Positions 9,673 to 19,563 of a DNA stretch of 64,000 nt are shown in pieces. The notes under the pieces were generated by a model that saw only the letters and a list, made by a program, of their open reading frames with translations, did no database searches and was not told the origin of the DNA. Positions within the stretch are counted from its first letter, which is position 1. Each line of letters opens with the position of its first letter. The position numbers were made by a program, and so were the translations under genes. The stretch comes from Myxococcota bacterium (GTDB lineage: Bacteria; Myxococcota; UBA4151), in assembly GCA_036338695.1 (NCBI GenBank), contig JAYZBQ010000018.1, positions 924 to 64,923 of the forward strand, read 5' to 3'.

Positions 9673-10344
9673 ATGTCTACAAGCCCAATTCGCGTCTTCA
9701 TCGTCGAAGATCAGCCCGCCATTCTCAAGGCGCAAGTCAAGATCCTCAGCAACGCGAAGGAGCTCGAGATCATCGGCTCAGCGATGAGCGGTGAGCAAGC
9801 GCTCGAGGCGATCCCCGCCGACGCCGATGTGATTCTGTGTGATCTCGGCTTACCGGGGATCGACGGCATCGAGGTCACCAAGCGTGTCAAAGAGCGACAG
9901 CCGAACACCGAGGTCCTGATCTTCACGATCTTCGAAGAGGAAGATAAAGTGTTGGGCGCCGTGCGTGCCGGAGCGGCGGGCTACCTGCTCAAAGGCGCCG
10001 AGCGGGCAACGATCATCAGCGCCATCCAAGACGTCCACTCGGGCGGCTCGGTGATCCAGCCGACGCTGGCGCGCCTTCTGATGGAACACTTCAAGGTGGA
10101 CACCGGCGCCTTTCGGCACGCCGACCCGAGCCTTGAGCCGCTCGAGTGTCCGCTGACCAACCGCGAGGTCGAGATCCTTCAAGTGATCAGCAGGGGCTTA
10201 TCCAATGCGGAGGCAGCGGAGGTGCTCGACCTCAGCCGCGCAACGGTTCGGACGCACCTAGAGCACATCTATGAGAAGCTTGAGGTCTCGAACCGCGTCG
10301 AGGCGGTCACCGAAGGAATCCGTCACGGTTTGATCGACCTCTAG
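9673..10344 (+). CDS. NarL/LuxR-family DNA-binding response regulator
   Basis: Receiver (VEDQ, CDLGLPGIDG, GYLLK) plus LuxR HTH (LTNREVEIL..GLSNAE..TVRTHLEHIYEKL); AGGAGG RBS. Confidence 0.95.
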   Translation: MSTSPIRVFIVEDQPAILKAQVKILSNAKELEIIGSAMSGEQALEAIPADADVILCDLGLPGIDGIEVTKRVKERQPNTEVLIFTIFEEEDKVLGAVRAGAAGYLLKGAERATIISAIQDVHSGGSVIQPTLARLLMEHFKVDTGAFRHADPSLEPLECPLTNREVEILQVISRGLSNAEAAEVLDLSRATVRTHLEHIYEKLEVSNRVEAVTEGIRHGLIDL

Positions 10345-10459
10345 CGCAGAGTCGACACACCACGGATCGTGCACCCGCAAACAAAAATGCACCCGGACCG
10401 CTGAGGGGCCTGGCCTCCTGCCTGTGCATCCGCTAGACTGCTCACTGTGGAGGCCATCC

Positions 10460-12850
10460 GTGAGCATCGGCGCATACCTTTCCATCGCTCTTTTATCGAG
10501 CTTACCCTCTCCATCGATCAGCTCAGGTGCTGCGCCCGGCGAACCGCAAAGCGCCGCTTCGGCTGGTGCGAGCGACGCCGCGCCTACAGAAAAGGCAGCC
10601 GAGGAGCCACCAACAGAGCCTGTGGCACAGCCTGCGAAGAAGGCGTCGGCGAGCCAGGCACCCAAGCCCACTCAGCCCGCCAAGCCCACGAAGGCGAGCC
10701 CAGCACACCTGCGCACCAGCGCCCAGCTCGCCGAGTTAGCGAGGCGCTTGTCAGGTCACCGCGCCAGCAAGCAAGATATCCGCTGGCTTGAAGCGGCAGA
10801 AAAAAACCCAAAGAAGCCGAAGGCCTATCGTGTCGCCGCCGCCATCTTGCGCGCCGAACAGGGCTTTGCCCACGCCAACATCCCGGACGCGATCAAACGC
10901 TTTGAAAAACTGCTCAAAGCCCATCCCGAGCTAGAGGACCTGCTCCAGCTGCGCCTGGGCGAACAAGCCCTGAAGGTCAAGCAGTACGACACCGCAGCCA
11001 AGGCATTTAGCGCCATTGACAAACGCAGCTGGCGCGGCTCGCGACAGCGTAGCGCACGGCTCGGCGTGCTGCGCGCACACTATGGTGCCAAAAGGTATAA
11101 AGAGGCGCGTAAGGCGCAGCGCCACTATCGGCGCGTGTGCAGCCGCTGCATGGACGGTCAGACAGACGAGGTGTTGCTCATGGAGGCGCACCTTGAGCTG
11201 CTCGAAGGGAAACGGAGCAAAGCGCGTGCGCTGCTCACGGACTTGGCCGATCGATTCCCCGACCGAGCCGGGGGGGCTCAAGCCGACCTCCTCATCCAAC
11301 AACACTTTCCAGGCGAGGCGCAGACGCTCGAGCGCAAGCTGCGGAGCATCCGGTACCAGGCAGGTCGAAAAGGCGACCGCTGGGCTGTTGATGAGCTACG
11401 AAAACTTCAAACGAGCTACGCCAAGCGCCCTCGTCTTCTCCTGGAGGTCAACATCGCCTTGGGGCGTCAGCTCCGCCGGGTCGACCCTGTGGAAGGGGTT
11501 GCGCTGCTCGATCGCCTGCTGGACGCCATGGAGGACAACCACCCGCGCCGTGACGCCCTGATGGCAGCGCGCAGGATGGTGCTCCCCCGCGTCGGACGGT
11601 TCACCGAAACAGCGGACCACTATTTTGAGCAAGCCTGGACGACCCAGAGCTCATCCTTTCGGATGCAGCGCCTGTTCTACACAGCATGGAGTCTCTTTGG
11701 AGCAGGTCAATACGCCGATGCAGGGAGTATCTTCACCTGGTTGATCACACAAAAGCACGTCGACCGTGAGACCAAGGAGAAGGCGCGCTGGTACGCCGCT
11801 TGGAGCCTTTTCCGTGCGCAGCGCCACGCCGAGGCGCTGAGCGCTTTTGATCGCCTGGCGAGCACACGCCCGCGCTGGGCACCCAAGGCGACCTACTGGG
11901 CTGGACGCGCTGCGGTCGCCGCCGGCGACGTCGAGAAAGGCATGCTTCGGTTCCAGGTCCTGCGCGATCGCTGGCCGCACACGCTCTACGGGCTGCGGGT
12001 GGCGTCGCTGCCGGCGGTCAGTCCGCGCGCACCCTACAAACTCAGTGAAGGACGCCGAAAGGCGCTCGCCAAAGGCAGCACCAAGACCCAGCTGCGCTTG
12101 GCGGTCGCCGCCAATCTAGGGGCGGCAAAGTGGACGCGCGGCGAGGCTCTGCGCGGGCGCACACCCATCGACCCGGAGCTGGCGCTTCAATGGGGCGATG
12201 CGCTCAGGAGCTCAGGTTCGCACCACGCTGCCTTTCTGATCGCCACGCGGGCGCTGCGCTACGTCGCCGGGCTCCCGGGTGAGCGGCATCGCTCGCTGTG
12301 GGAGCTCGCCTATCCGAGGCCGTGGTTTGCGCGTTGCGGTGACTGCGCCGAGCAGGAAAACATCCCGGTCGCCATGGTCTACTCGATCATGCGTGAGGAG
12401 AGCCAGTTCCGCCCGGCGGTCGAGAGCCCGGCGGAGGCTGTCGGGCTGATGCAGATCATCCCGCCCACAGCGGCGCTGATCGCCGCCCGCTTAGAGGGGC
12501 GTTCCGTCGATCCCACAGCGCTCGCCGACCCCAACCACAACATCGCCCTCGGGACCTGGTATCTCGCCGGTCTCGCTAAGCGCTATGATGGGCAGCTACC
12601 GCTCGTGATGGCGGCCTACAACGCAGGGCCTGCAGCGGCCGATGGCTGGATTCGGCGCGCCGACTCGCTGGGCATGGACCTGACCCAGTTCATGGAGGAG
12701 GTCCCGTACAAGGAGACCCGCGGCTACGTGAAGCGGGTCAGCCGGAGCCTCGCCGTCTACCGAATGCTCTACGGTCTGGAGCCGGGGGCGTTTACTCCGA
12801 TGGTACAAGGCGTCGTCCAGAACAAGATTTCGGGCGACATCACCTTCTAA
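10460..12850 (+). CDS. Soluble lytic transglycosylase (Slt70-like) with TPR region
   Basis: C-terminal SLT motifs IMREESQF, GLMQI, AYNAG, ETRGYV; helical N-region; GTG 10460 follows GGAGG. Confidence 0.92.
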   Translation: MSIGAYLSIALLSSLPSPSISSGAAPGEPQSAASAGASDAAPTEKAAEEPPTEPVAQPAKKASASQAPKPTQPAKPTKASPAHLRTSAQLAELARRLSGHRASKQDIRWLEAAEKNPKKPKAYRVAAAILRAEQGFAHANIPDAIKRFEKLLKAHPELEDLLQLRLGEQALKVKQYDTAAKAFSAIDKRSWRGSRQRSARLGVLRAHYGAKRYKEARKAQRHYRRVCSRCMDGQTDEVLLMEAHLELLEGKRSKARALLTDLADRFPDRAGGAQADLLIQQHFPGEAQTLERKLRSIRYQAGRKGDRWAVDELRKLQTSYAKRPRLLLEVNIALGRQLRRVDPVEGVALLDRLLDAMEDNHPRRDALMAARRMVLPRVGRFTETADHYFEQAWTTQSSSFRMQRLFYTAWSLFGAGQYADAGSIFTWLITQKHVDRETKEKARWYAAWSLFRAQRHAEALSAFDRLASTRPRWAPKATYWAGRAAVAAGDVEKGMLRFQVLRDRWPHTLYGLRVASLPAVSPRAPYKLSEGRRKALAKGSTKTQLRLAVAANLGAAKWTRGEALRGRTPIDPELALQWGDALRSSGSHHAAFLIATRALRYVAGLPGERHRSLWELAYPRPWFARCGDCAEQENIPVAMVYSIMREESQFRPAVESPAEAVGLMQIIPPTAALIAARLEGRSVDPTALADPNHNIALGTWYLAGLAKRYDGQLPLVMAAYNAGPAAADGWIRRADSLGMDLTQFMEEVPYKETRGYVKRVSRSLAVYRMLYGLEPGAFTPMVQGVVQNKISGDITF

Positions 12851-12858
12851 AAACGATG

Positions 12859-12883
12859 AGCGGGCGACTCAACGTCGCCCGCT
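12859..12883. terminator. Hairpin between convergent genes, probable terminator
   Basis: AGCGGGCGAC-TCAAC-GTCGCCCGCT perfect 10-bp stem. Confidence 0.6.
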
Positions 12884-12910
12884 GCTCGTACACCATGAGT
12901 TCGCAGCCGG

Positions 12911-13309
12911 TTACGGTGCCGTTCGGAACCGCTTCTCGATACTGGCGTCGAGGGTCTCGCCGCCCGTACTACCGAGCGCCCCGCCGATCGTGAGCGTGTA
13001 GCGGGCGTCGCGGGTCAGCGGGTCAGCCGGCTGCACCGAGATCACCTCTTTGTTCGCCTCGAGCTGCGTCACCGTCGCCGACACCTCGGCGCCGTTGCTG
13101 TCCTTGAGCACGATCGCCGAGAGCGTCGCTGCGTCGACGTCTTCGCTCAAGACCACGAACAGCTCGACCTCGGGGTCCACGTTCACGGCGCCACCGCTCG
13201 GGCTGGTGTCGAGGATCACAAATCCCGAATCGATCTGTACTGACGTGCCGCACGCTGCGGCGCCCAAAAGTCCCGATAAAGCAAGTACACTGAGCATGAG
13301 CCGGCGCAT
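12911..13309 (-). CDS. Lipoprotein with single bacterial Ig-like (Big_5/SbsA-type) domain
   Basis: Lipobox AAAC; TSPSGGAVNV..P.DPL...RYTLTI. Confidence 0.8.
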   Translation of the reverse strand: MRRLMLSVLALSGLLGAAACGTSVQIDSGFVILDTSPSGGAVNVDPEVELFVVLSEDVDAATLSAIVLKDSNGAEVSATVTQLEANKEVISVQPADPLTRDARYTLTIGGALGSTGGETLDASIEKRFRTAP

Positions 13310-13393
13310 ACGCGTTCTCCAATAGCGGGTCTCTCATTCACCAAACCCGCTGCAAGGTCAATCATTCCATAGCTTAAGTCGTAACGCCAGACT

Positions 13394-14071
13394 ATGGACA
13401 AGTTAAGTGACGCCCGTCGGTTCGCCGACGAACGTGGAGAAGGCATGGCGATACCCCGAGGTCGGCTCGTCCGAGTCCACCCTGACAACCCGGAGCCGCG
13501 CAAGATCGAGCGAGCAGCTCAAGCGCTGCGCGACGGGCGGCTGATCGCCTGGCCAACGGACACCGGGTACGCGCTCGCTTGCGGGCTGTACAACCGCCGG
13601 GGAATGGACCTGCTCCGCAAGCTGCGCGGGCTCGACAGCGCCCACCCCTTCACCTTCGCTGTCCAGAGCCTGAGCCGGGTGACCCGATACGGCGTGGTCG
13701 AGAACAAGAACTTTGTACACCTTAAGCGGATGCTTCCTGGCCCCTACACGGTCGTGCTCCGCTCGACCAAAGTGGTGCCCCGCATCCTCCACAACAAACG
13801 CAAAGCGATCGGCGTACGGGTGATCGATCACCCGGTCGCCAGCGCGCTGGTGGAGACGATGGATGAGGCGATCATTACCACCTCAGCGGCGCATCAGGGC
13901 GAACACCTCGCTTATCCCGAAGAGATCAAAGAGATCTTTGGACATGCCCTAGACCAGATACTCGACGTAGAGTACCTGCCTGCCAACGAAAGCTCAGTTG
14001 TAGACCTTAGCGGCGTGCACCCCAAGGTGCTGCGTCAAGGATTAGGAGATGTATCATGGTTCGAGCACTAG
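13394..14071 (+). CDS. Sua5/YciO/YrdC family protein (YciO-like); true start may be ATG 13445
   Basis: VHPDNPEPR, WPTDTGYALAC, LPGPYTVVL, IGVRV, ITTSA, SSVVDL..VLRQGLG. Confidence 0.9.
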   Translation: MDKLSDARRFADERGEGMAIPRGRLVRVHPDNPEPRKIERAAQALRDGRLIAWPTDTGYALACGLYNRRGMDLLRKLRGLDSAHPFTFAVQSLSRVTRYGVVENKNFVHLKRMLPGPYTVVLRSTKVVPRILHNKRKAIGVRVIDHPVASALVETMDEAIITTSAAHQGEHLAYPEEIKEIFGHALDQILDVEYLPANESSVVDLSGVHPKVLRQGLGDVSWFEH

Positions 14072-14838
14072 CCTGCTCCCTACTCGTTTCGCTTGCGGCG
14101 TGTTCGAGCGCGCCGGTCCTGCCGGCACCTGCGATGAACCCATCGCTCGCCAACCAAAAACTGCTCAGCGATGTCGTCTCTGCGGCGTTCAGCCGCATCG
14201 ACGGCCTCAACCTGCGGCGTCATGTCAACGGTAAGAACGTCGCGGTTCAGGTCTCGACCACCTACCAGGCCGAGACCTCGGCGCTGCGTGCCCACGCGGC
14301 TTTATTGTTGACGCGCGCTGGCGCCGTTCGGGCGGATCTTAACCGCGGCGGCGACCTCGTCGCGCTGATCGTCCTGCGCGCCTATGGCGTCCAGTCAGTC
14401 GATGTGGACGACGGTAACCAACAGCGCGGTTTTGTGCTCGGTGACTTGGTCCTCCTGCAGCCGGGGAATGGCGAGGTGCACCGAGAGGCGATCGCGGCCA
14501 AAGCGATCGACCACTACTTCAGCGACGGCTCGCGTGAGCGCCGCAACGTCGGACGCCGACAGCCTGAGCCTGAGCCCGAACCCGAACCGGAACCCGAACC
14601 GGAGCCCGAAGCGGAGCCGGAGCCAGAGCCGGAGCCCGCCGCAGAGCCCCGGCGCCGGGACCGTCGCCGCTCACGCAGCTCGGACCGTGGTGACCGGCGC
14701 GAGACCGAGAGCCGGCGCCGCTCTCGCCGGAGCGCAGAGGATGATGACGACGAAGACCGCGCCGAGGAAGGCGAGACGCGCACGCGGAAACGCCGCACCC
14801 GCCGCCGCCGCCGCCGTCAGCCGCTGATCCTGGAGTAA
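14056..14838 (+). CDS. Hypothetical lipoprotein with (PE)n spacer and Arg/Asp-rich tail
   Basis: Lipobox LAAC; AGGAG RBS at ~14044; ends 2 nt before next ATG. Confidence 0.75.
   Translation: MVRALACSLLVSLAACSSAPVLPAPAMNPSLANQKLLSDVVSAAFSRIDGLNLRRHVNGKNVAVQVSTTYQAETSALRAHAALLLTRAGAVRADLNRGGDLVALIVLRAYGVQSVDVDDGNQQRGFVLGDLVLLQPGNGEVHREAIAAKAIDHYFSDGSRERRNVGRRQPEPEPEPEPEPEPEPEAEPEPEPEPAAEPRRRDRRRSRSSDRGDRRETESRRRSRRSAEDDDDEDRAEEGETRTRKRRTRRRRRRQPLILE
14563..14637 (+). repeat. Imperfect 6-bp tandem repeat (CCNGAR) encoding ~12 Pro-Glu units
   Basis: cctgagcctgagcccgaacccgaaccggaacccgaaccggagcccgaagcggagccggagccagagccggagccc. Confidence 0.9.
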
Positions 14839-14840
14839 TT

Positions 14841-15644
14841 ATGAGCCTCCCGTTCAGCGGAACCGATGACTACGTCTCGACCCCCGAGCTCGACCAAGCG
14901 GTCAGCTGTGCGCTCGTGCTCGGACGCCCGCTGCTGGTCAAAGGGGAGCCTGGTACGGGCAAAACCCTCCTCGCCGAGGCGGTGAGCCAAGCGCTCGGCC
15001 GACCGCTCTACAAATGGCACGTCAAATCGACGAGTCAGGCTCAAGACGGGCTCTACACCTACGACGTCGTCGGGCGCCTCAACGACTCCCGCTTTGGCGG
15101 CGGTGACGTCCACAACATCCGCCACTACATCCGGACAGGCCCACTAGGCACTGCGATCGCCGGCGGCGCTCCGGCGGTCGTGCTGGTCGACGAGATCGAC
15201 AAAGCCGACCCCGAGTTCCCGAATGATCTGCTGCGCGAGCTGGACGAGATGGCCTTCACCATCTCCGAGCTCGACGAGACGGTCTCCACGCAAGAGCGCC
15301 CCTTGGTGATCATCACCTCCAACGCAGAGAAAGAGCTCCCGGACGCCTTCTTGCGGCGCTGCGTCTTCCACTTCCTCGAGTTTCCCGATGCAGACCGTAT
15401 GGAACAGATCGTACGTGTTCATCACCCGAGCCTCGATGAAGGCTTGGTGGACGCAGCGCTCAAGCGATTCTTTGAGCTCCGTAACCGGCGCGGCCTGCGC
15501 AAGCGACCGAGCACGAGCGAGCTCGTTGACTGGCTGGCGGTGCTCGCTCACCATGGCGCAGACCCCGAGGTCATGGCGGCTGGCTTACCCTTCGCCGGCA
15601 CCCTCCTCAAAGATGAGGCGGATTTGAGCGGCTTCGTGCAGTAG
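14841..15644 (+). CDS. MoxR-family AAA+ ATPase
   Basis: GEPGTGKT, VLVDEIDKAD..FPNDLL, TSNAEKELPDAFLRRC. Confidence 0.95.
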   Translation: MSLPFSGTDDYVSTPELDQAVSCALVLGRPLLVKGEPGTGKTLLAEAVSQALGRPLYKWHVKSTSQAQDGLYTYDVVGRLNDSRFGGGDVHNIRHYIRTGPLGTAIAGGAPAVVLVDEIDKADPEFPNDLLRELDEMAFTISELDETVSTQERPLVIITSNAEKELPDAFLRRCVFHFLEFPDADRMEQIVRVHHPSLDEGLVDAALKRFFELRNRRGLRKRPSTSELVDWLAVLAHHGADPEVMAAGLPFAGTLLKDEADLSGFVQ

Positions 15645-15657
15645 CTCGGCGACCCTT

Positions 15658-16830
15658 ATGTTCCTCGAGTGGTTCATCAACTTGCGTCGCAGCGGCGTAC
15701 CGGTCACGCTCCCCGAGTGGTTGGATCTCATGCGCGCCCTCGAGCATGGCGCCGTAGCCAACCTTGACGAGCTCTACAGCGTCGGTCTGTGTCTGCTGGT
15801 CAAATCAGAGAACCGCTACGACGACTACGACCTGGCGTTTTCAGCGAGTTTTGGTGACGGGACCCTCCCTACCGAGCTCAGCGCCCAGTTCGAGGAATGG
15901 CTCAAAGACCCAAAGTCGGCGCAGTTTGACCCTGCCACGATCGCAGCCCTGAGCGCGCTCGATCCCGATGAGCTGCGGCGGCGCTTCGAAGAGATGCTGA
16001 AAAACCAGAAGGAGCGCCACGACGGCGGATCGCGGTACATCGGCACCGGCGGCACCTCGCCGTTTGGAACGGGCGGCGCACACCCCAGCGGGATCCGCGT
16101 CGGAGGTGGAGGTCAGCGCAGCGCCGCGATGGTCGCAGACAAGCGACGCTTTCAAGCCTACCGAGATGACGCCGTGCTCGACGTGCGGCAGTTCGACATC
16201 GCGTTAAGGATGCTGCGGCAGCTCTTGCGCGAGGGCCCTGACGAGCTCGACATCGACGAGAGCATCGCCGTGACAGCGAAACAAGGCGGCGAGATCGACC
16301 TCGTGTTCCGCCCCACTCGGAAAAACGCCATCCGGCTGCTGCTCGTGATGGACGTCGGCGGGTCCATGACGCCCCACGCCCAAATCTGTGACCGCCTCTT
16401 CTCGGCGGCGTCGAAGGCGAACCATTTCAAACAGTTTGATCACTACTGGTTTCACAACTGCCCCTACGAGCGGCTCTGGGATCAGAGCCCGTCGAGTCGA
16501 TCGGTCACGCCCACCGCCGATGTCCTGGAGAAGCATCACGAAGACACCTGCGTGATCTTTGTCGGTGACGCCTGCATGCACCCCTGGGAGCTTTTTCAGC
16601 CGGGCTGGACGATTCATCGCTTCCGCCAGCACGAGATGCGGCGCGGCTTGGACTGGGTAGAGGCCTTCGGGAAGCGCTTTCGCAACCGCATCTGGCTGAA
16701 CCCCGAGCCGCAACGCTATTGGAATCACCCGACCATCGAAGCGATCGGGCAACACTTCCCGATGTTTCCGCTGACGCTCCAGGGCTTGCGAGATGGCGTC
16801 CGCTCACTGAGGCGTCAGTTGCGAAATTAG
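15658..16830 (+). CDS. VWA-domain (CoxE-like) partner of the MoxR ATPase
   Basis: MIDAS DVGGSM, IFVGDA.M.P.EL, WLNP; IGTGGTSPFG; directly after MoxR. Confidence 0.9.
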   Translation: MFLEWFINLRRSGVPVTLPEWLDLMRALEHGAVANLDELYSVGLCLLVKSENRYDDYDLAFSASFGDGTLPTELSAQFEEWLKDPKSAQFDPATIAALSALDPDELRRRFEEMLKNQKERHDGGSRYIGTGGTSPFGTGGAHPSGIRVGGGGQRSAAMVADKRRFQAYRDDAVLDVRQFDIALRMLRQLLREGPDELDIDESIAVTAKQGGEIDLVFRPTRKNAIRLLLVMDVGGSMTPHAQICDRLFSAASKANHFKQFDHYWFHNCPYERLWDQSPSSRSVTPTADVLEKHHEDTCVIFVGDACMHPWELFQPGWTIHRFRQHEMRRGLDWVEAFGKRFRNRIWLNPEPQRYWNHPTIEAIGQHFPMFPLTLQGLRDGVRSLRRQLRN

Positions 16831-16909
16831 TTGAACCCAGAGACGTTTCGGACAAGACAGTCGCCGAGTCCGAAGGGCTCGCCGATGAAGCCATGAGAAG
16901 GGGCACGCT

Positions 16910-17281
16910 ATGTCGACGATGATCACCGCCGATTGCATCAACTGTGGTGCGTGTGAACCTGAGTGCCCCAACTCGGCCATCCGCGAGGGCGACATGGCTT
17001 ACGTCATCAACCCAGCGTTGTGTACGGAATGCGTTGGATTTTACGGCGCCGAGATGTGCCAAGAGGTGTGCCCGGTCGCCTGCTGCATCCCCAATCAAAA
17101 TCTCCGCGAATCGGAAGAGACGCTCCACGCTCGTGCGCTCAAACTGCACGGCGCCAATGAGGTCCCGGCGCTCGCCGACCTCGACGCCGAGACGAGCCGC
17201 TTTCGCAACGACGATTGGGACAACGAGGAAGAAGAAGGCGCCGAGCCCGCAGAGGACTTCTCGCCCTACTGGGACGACTAG
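16910..17281 (+). CDS. 2[4Fe-4S] ferredoxin, YfhL type, with acidic C-terminal tail
   Basis: CINCGACEPECP and CTECVGF..C..VCP. Confidence 0.93.
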   Translation: MSTMITADCINCGACEPECPNSAIREGDMAYVINPALCTECVGFYGAEMCQEVCPVACCIPNQNLRESEETLHARALKLHGANEVPALADLDAETSRFRNDDWDNEEEEGAEPAEDFSPYWDD

Positions 17282-17394
17282 ACCAGCCTCCGCACGGCAT
17301 AGGGCGCTCGCTCCGGTAAGCGGTCATTTTTCAAGGGAATCTTTGCAACGCCGCCCGATGGGCGTACCCTCTCGCTCGGGAGGGTTGCGGGCTC

Positions 17395-19563
17395 ATGCGT
17401 CGGATTACAGAGATCATCGACAAGATGGGTCTGGAGTCGACCTCACCGGCCGCCGACCTGATCAACGCGTCCTACATCTTTAGCGCCAAATGCCACTCCG
17501 GACAGCTCCGTAAGTCGGGCGAACCCTACCTCATGCATCCGCTTGAGGTGGCTTATATCTTGTCCGAGATGGGGATGGACGCAGCGACCGTCTCGACGGG
17601 GCTCTTGCACGATACGGTCGAGGACACGCACGCAACGATTGAAGAGATCGAGGAGCAGTTTGGCGTCGCCGTTGCGAACATGGTCGACGGCGTCACCAAG
17701 ATCTCGCAGATCGAGTTCACGTCGGCCGCCGAGAAGGCAGCCGAGAACTTCCGCAAAATGATCGTGGCGATGGCGCAGGATATTCGGGTCCTCATCGTCA
17801 AGCTGGCTGACAGGCTCCACAACATGCGCACGCTCGAGCACATGAAAGCCGCCAAGCAGCGCCGGATTGCGCGTGAGACGATGGACATCTACGCGCCGCT
17901 CGCCGACCGGCTCGGGATGAACGCTGTCAAGATCGAGCTTCAGGACCTGAGCTTTCGCTATCTCCAGCCGAACAGCTACGCGCAGATGCGGCAAGACGTC
18001 GAAGAGCACCTGCCTGCGCGCGACCGGTATGTCGCGGAGACCATCGGCGAGATCACCGGCGCGTTCGAGGGAAAACAACTCGACGTCCTCGACATCTATG
18101 GGCGCGCAAAGCACCTCTACTCGATCTTTATGAAGTTAGAGAAGAAGGGCGTCTCGATCGCCGAGATTTACGACGCCGTGGCGTTTCGAGTGATCGTACC
18201 GAGCGTGGGCGACTGCTACACGGCGCTCGGTTACGTCCACGCCAAGTGGCGGCCGATACCGGGCCGGTTCAAGGACTTCGTGGCGCTCCCCAAGCAGAAC
18301 GGCTACCAGAGCCTGCACACGACCGTCGTCGGACCCAAGCGACAGCTCATCGAGATCCAGATCCGCACGCCGGAGATGGATGACACGGCTGAGCGAGGCT
18401 TTGCGGCGCATTATGCCTACAAAGAAGGCAGCAGCGCAGCCTCTGAGAATGAGTCGATGGCCTTTGGCTGGTTGCGCCAGCTCATGGAGTGGCAGAACAC
18501 CGTCCGCGACCCGAACGAGTTTATGGAGTCGGTGCGTCACGAGCTCTTCCACGAAGAGGTGTTCGTGTTCACGCCAAAAGGGGCTGTTGTGCAGCTACCA
18601 CGGGGCGCCACCTGCGTCGACTTTGCGTTCTCGGTGCACACGGAGGTCGGGCTGACCTGCTCGGGCGCGAAGGTCAACGGCCGGATGGTGCCGCTGCGGA
18701 CCAAGCTCAAGAGCGGTGACCGGATCGAGGTGCTCACCGACAAGCGCCGCACGCCCAATCGTGAGTGGCTCGACTTCGTCGTCACCTCGCGCGCCCGAAC
18801 GCGCATTCGCGCAGCGGTGCGCAAGCGTGAGCACGAGCAAGCTCGAGAGGTCGGCTCCAACCTGCTCGATCGGGCGCTGCGCGCCAACGGCAGCACGCTG
18901 TCCAAGCTCGAGGGCAGCAGCGACCGCGACGTCGTGATCCAAAAGCTCCGGCAGAATTCCTTCGACGAGCTCTTGGCGCAGATCGGGCTCAACAAAATCA
19001 CCACCGACGCGGTCGTTCAGCTCCTCTACCCCGCCGAGCCGACGCTCCCGCCGCAAGCGATCGAGGAGCCAACGATCGGCTTGGCCCAGCGACTTTTTGG
19101 TCGCAAGCGAAAGCCGAGCTCGAGCTCGAAATCGTCGGTCGTCGTCGGGGGTCTCGACGACGTCTTTATCACCTTCGCCAACTGCTGCTCGCCGCTTCCT
19201 GGCGAGCAGATCGTCGGTCACGTCAGCACCGGACGCGGCGTGCGTGTCCACCGACTCAACTGCAGCGAGCTCCACAACGCAGACCCAGCGCGTCAAGTCG
19301 AGGTCCGTTGGCGCACCGACAGCGAGATGCTGCACCAAGTGCGCCTGCGCGTGATCACCGACGATAAGCCAGGGATCCTCGCGCACGTCAGCTCCACCTT
19401 CGAGAATCATGAGCTCAACATCTCCGAAGCGAGCTGTCGCGTCCGCGACGACGGCTCAGCGATCAGCACCTTCCGCTTCGGCGTGCGCGACCTCGATTCA
19501 CTGGACAAGCTGAGCAGCAGGCTGCGCGGCGTACCGGGCGTCTTGCGGGTCGATCGAGCCTAG
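17395..19563 (+). CDS. relA: Bifunctional (p)ppGpp synthetase/hydrolase (long RSH)
   Basis: Intact HD (LLHDTVED), KLADRLHNMRT, synthetase GRAKHLYSI/RFKD/YQSLHT, TGS, C-terminal ACT. Confidence 0.97.
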   Translation: MRRITEIIDKMGLESTSPAADLINASYIFSAKCHSGQLRKSGEPYLMHPLEVAYILSEMGMDAATVSTGLLHDTVEDTHATIEEIEEQFGVAVANMVDGVTKISQIEFTSAAEKAAENFRKMIVAMAQDIRVLIVKLADRLHNMRTLEHMKAAKQRRIARETMDIYAPLADRLGMNAVKIELQDLSFRYLQPNSYAQMRQDVEEHLPARDRYVAETIGEITGAFEGKQLDVLDIYGRAKHLYSIFMKLEKKGVSIAEIYDAVAFRVIVPSVGDCYTALGYVHAKWRPIPGRFKDFVALPKQNGYQSLHTTVVGPKRQLIEIQIRTPEMDDTAERGFAAHYAYKEGSSAASENESMAFGWLRQLMEWQNTVRDPNEFMESVRHELFHEEVFVFTPKGAVVQLPRGATCVDFAFSVHTEVGLTCSGAKVNGRMVPLRTKLKSGDRIEVLTDKRRTPNREWLDFVVTSRARTRIRAAVRKREHEQAREVGSNLLDRALRANGSTLSKLEGSSDRDVVIQKLRQNSFDELLAQIGLNKITTDAVVQLLYPAEPTLPPQAIEEPTIGLAQRLFGRKRKPSSSSKSSVVVGGLDDVFITFANCCSPLPGEQIVGHVSTGRGVRVHRLNCSELHNADPARQVEVRWRTDSEMLHQVRLRVITDDKPGILAHVSSTFENHELNISEASCRVRDDGSAISTFRFGVRDLDSLDKLSSRLRGVPGVLRVDRA

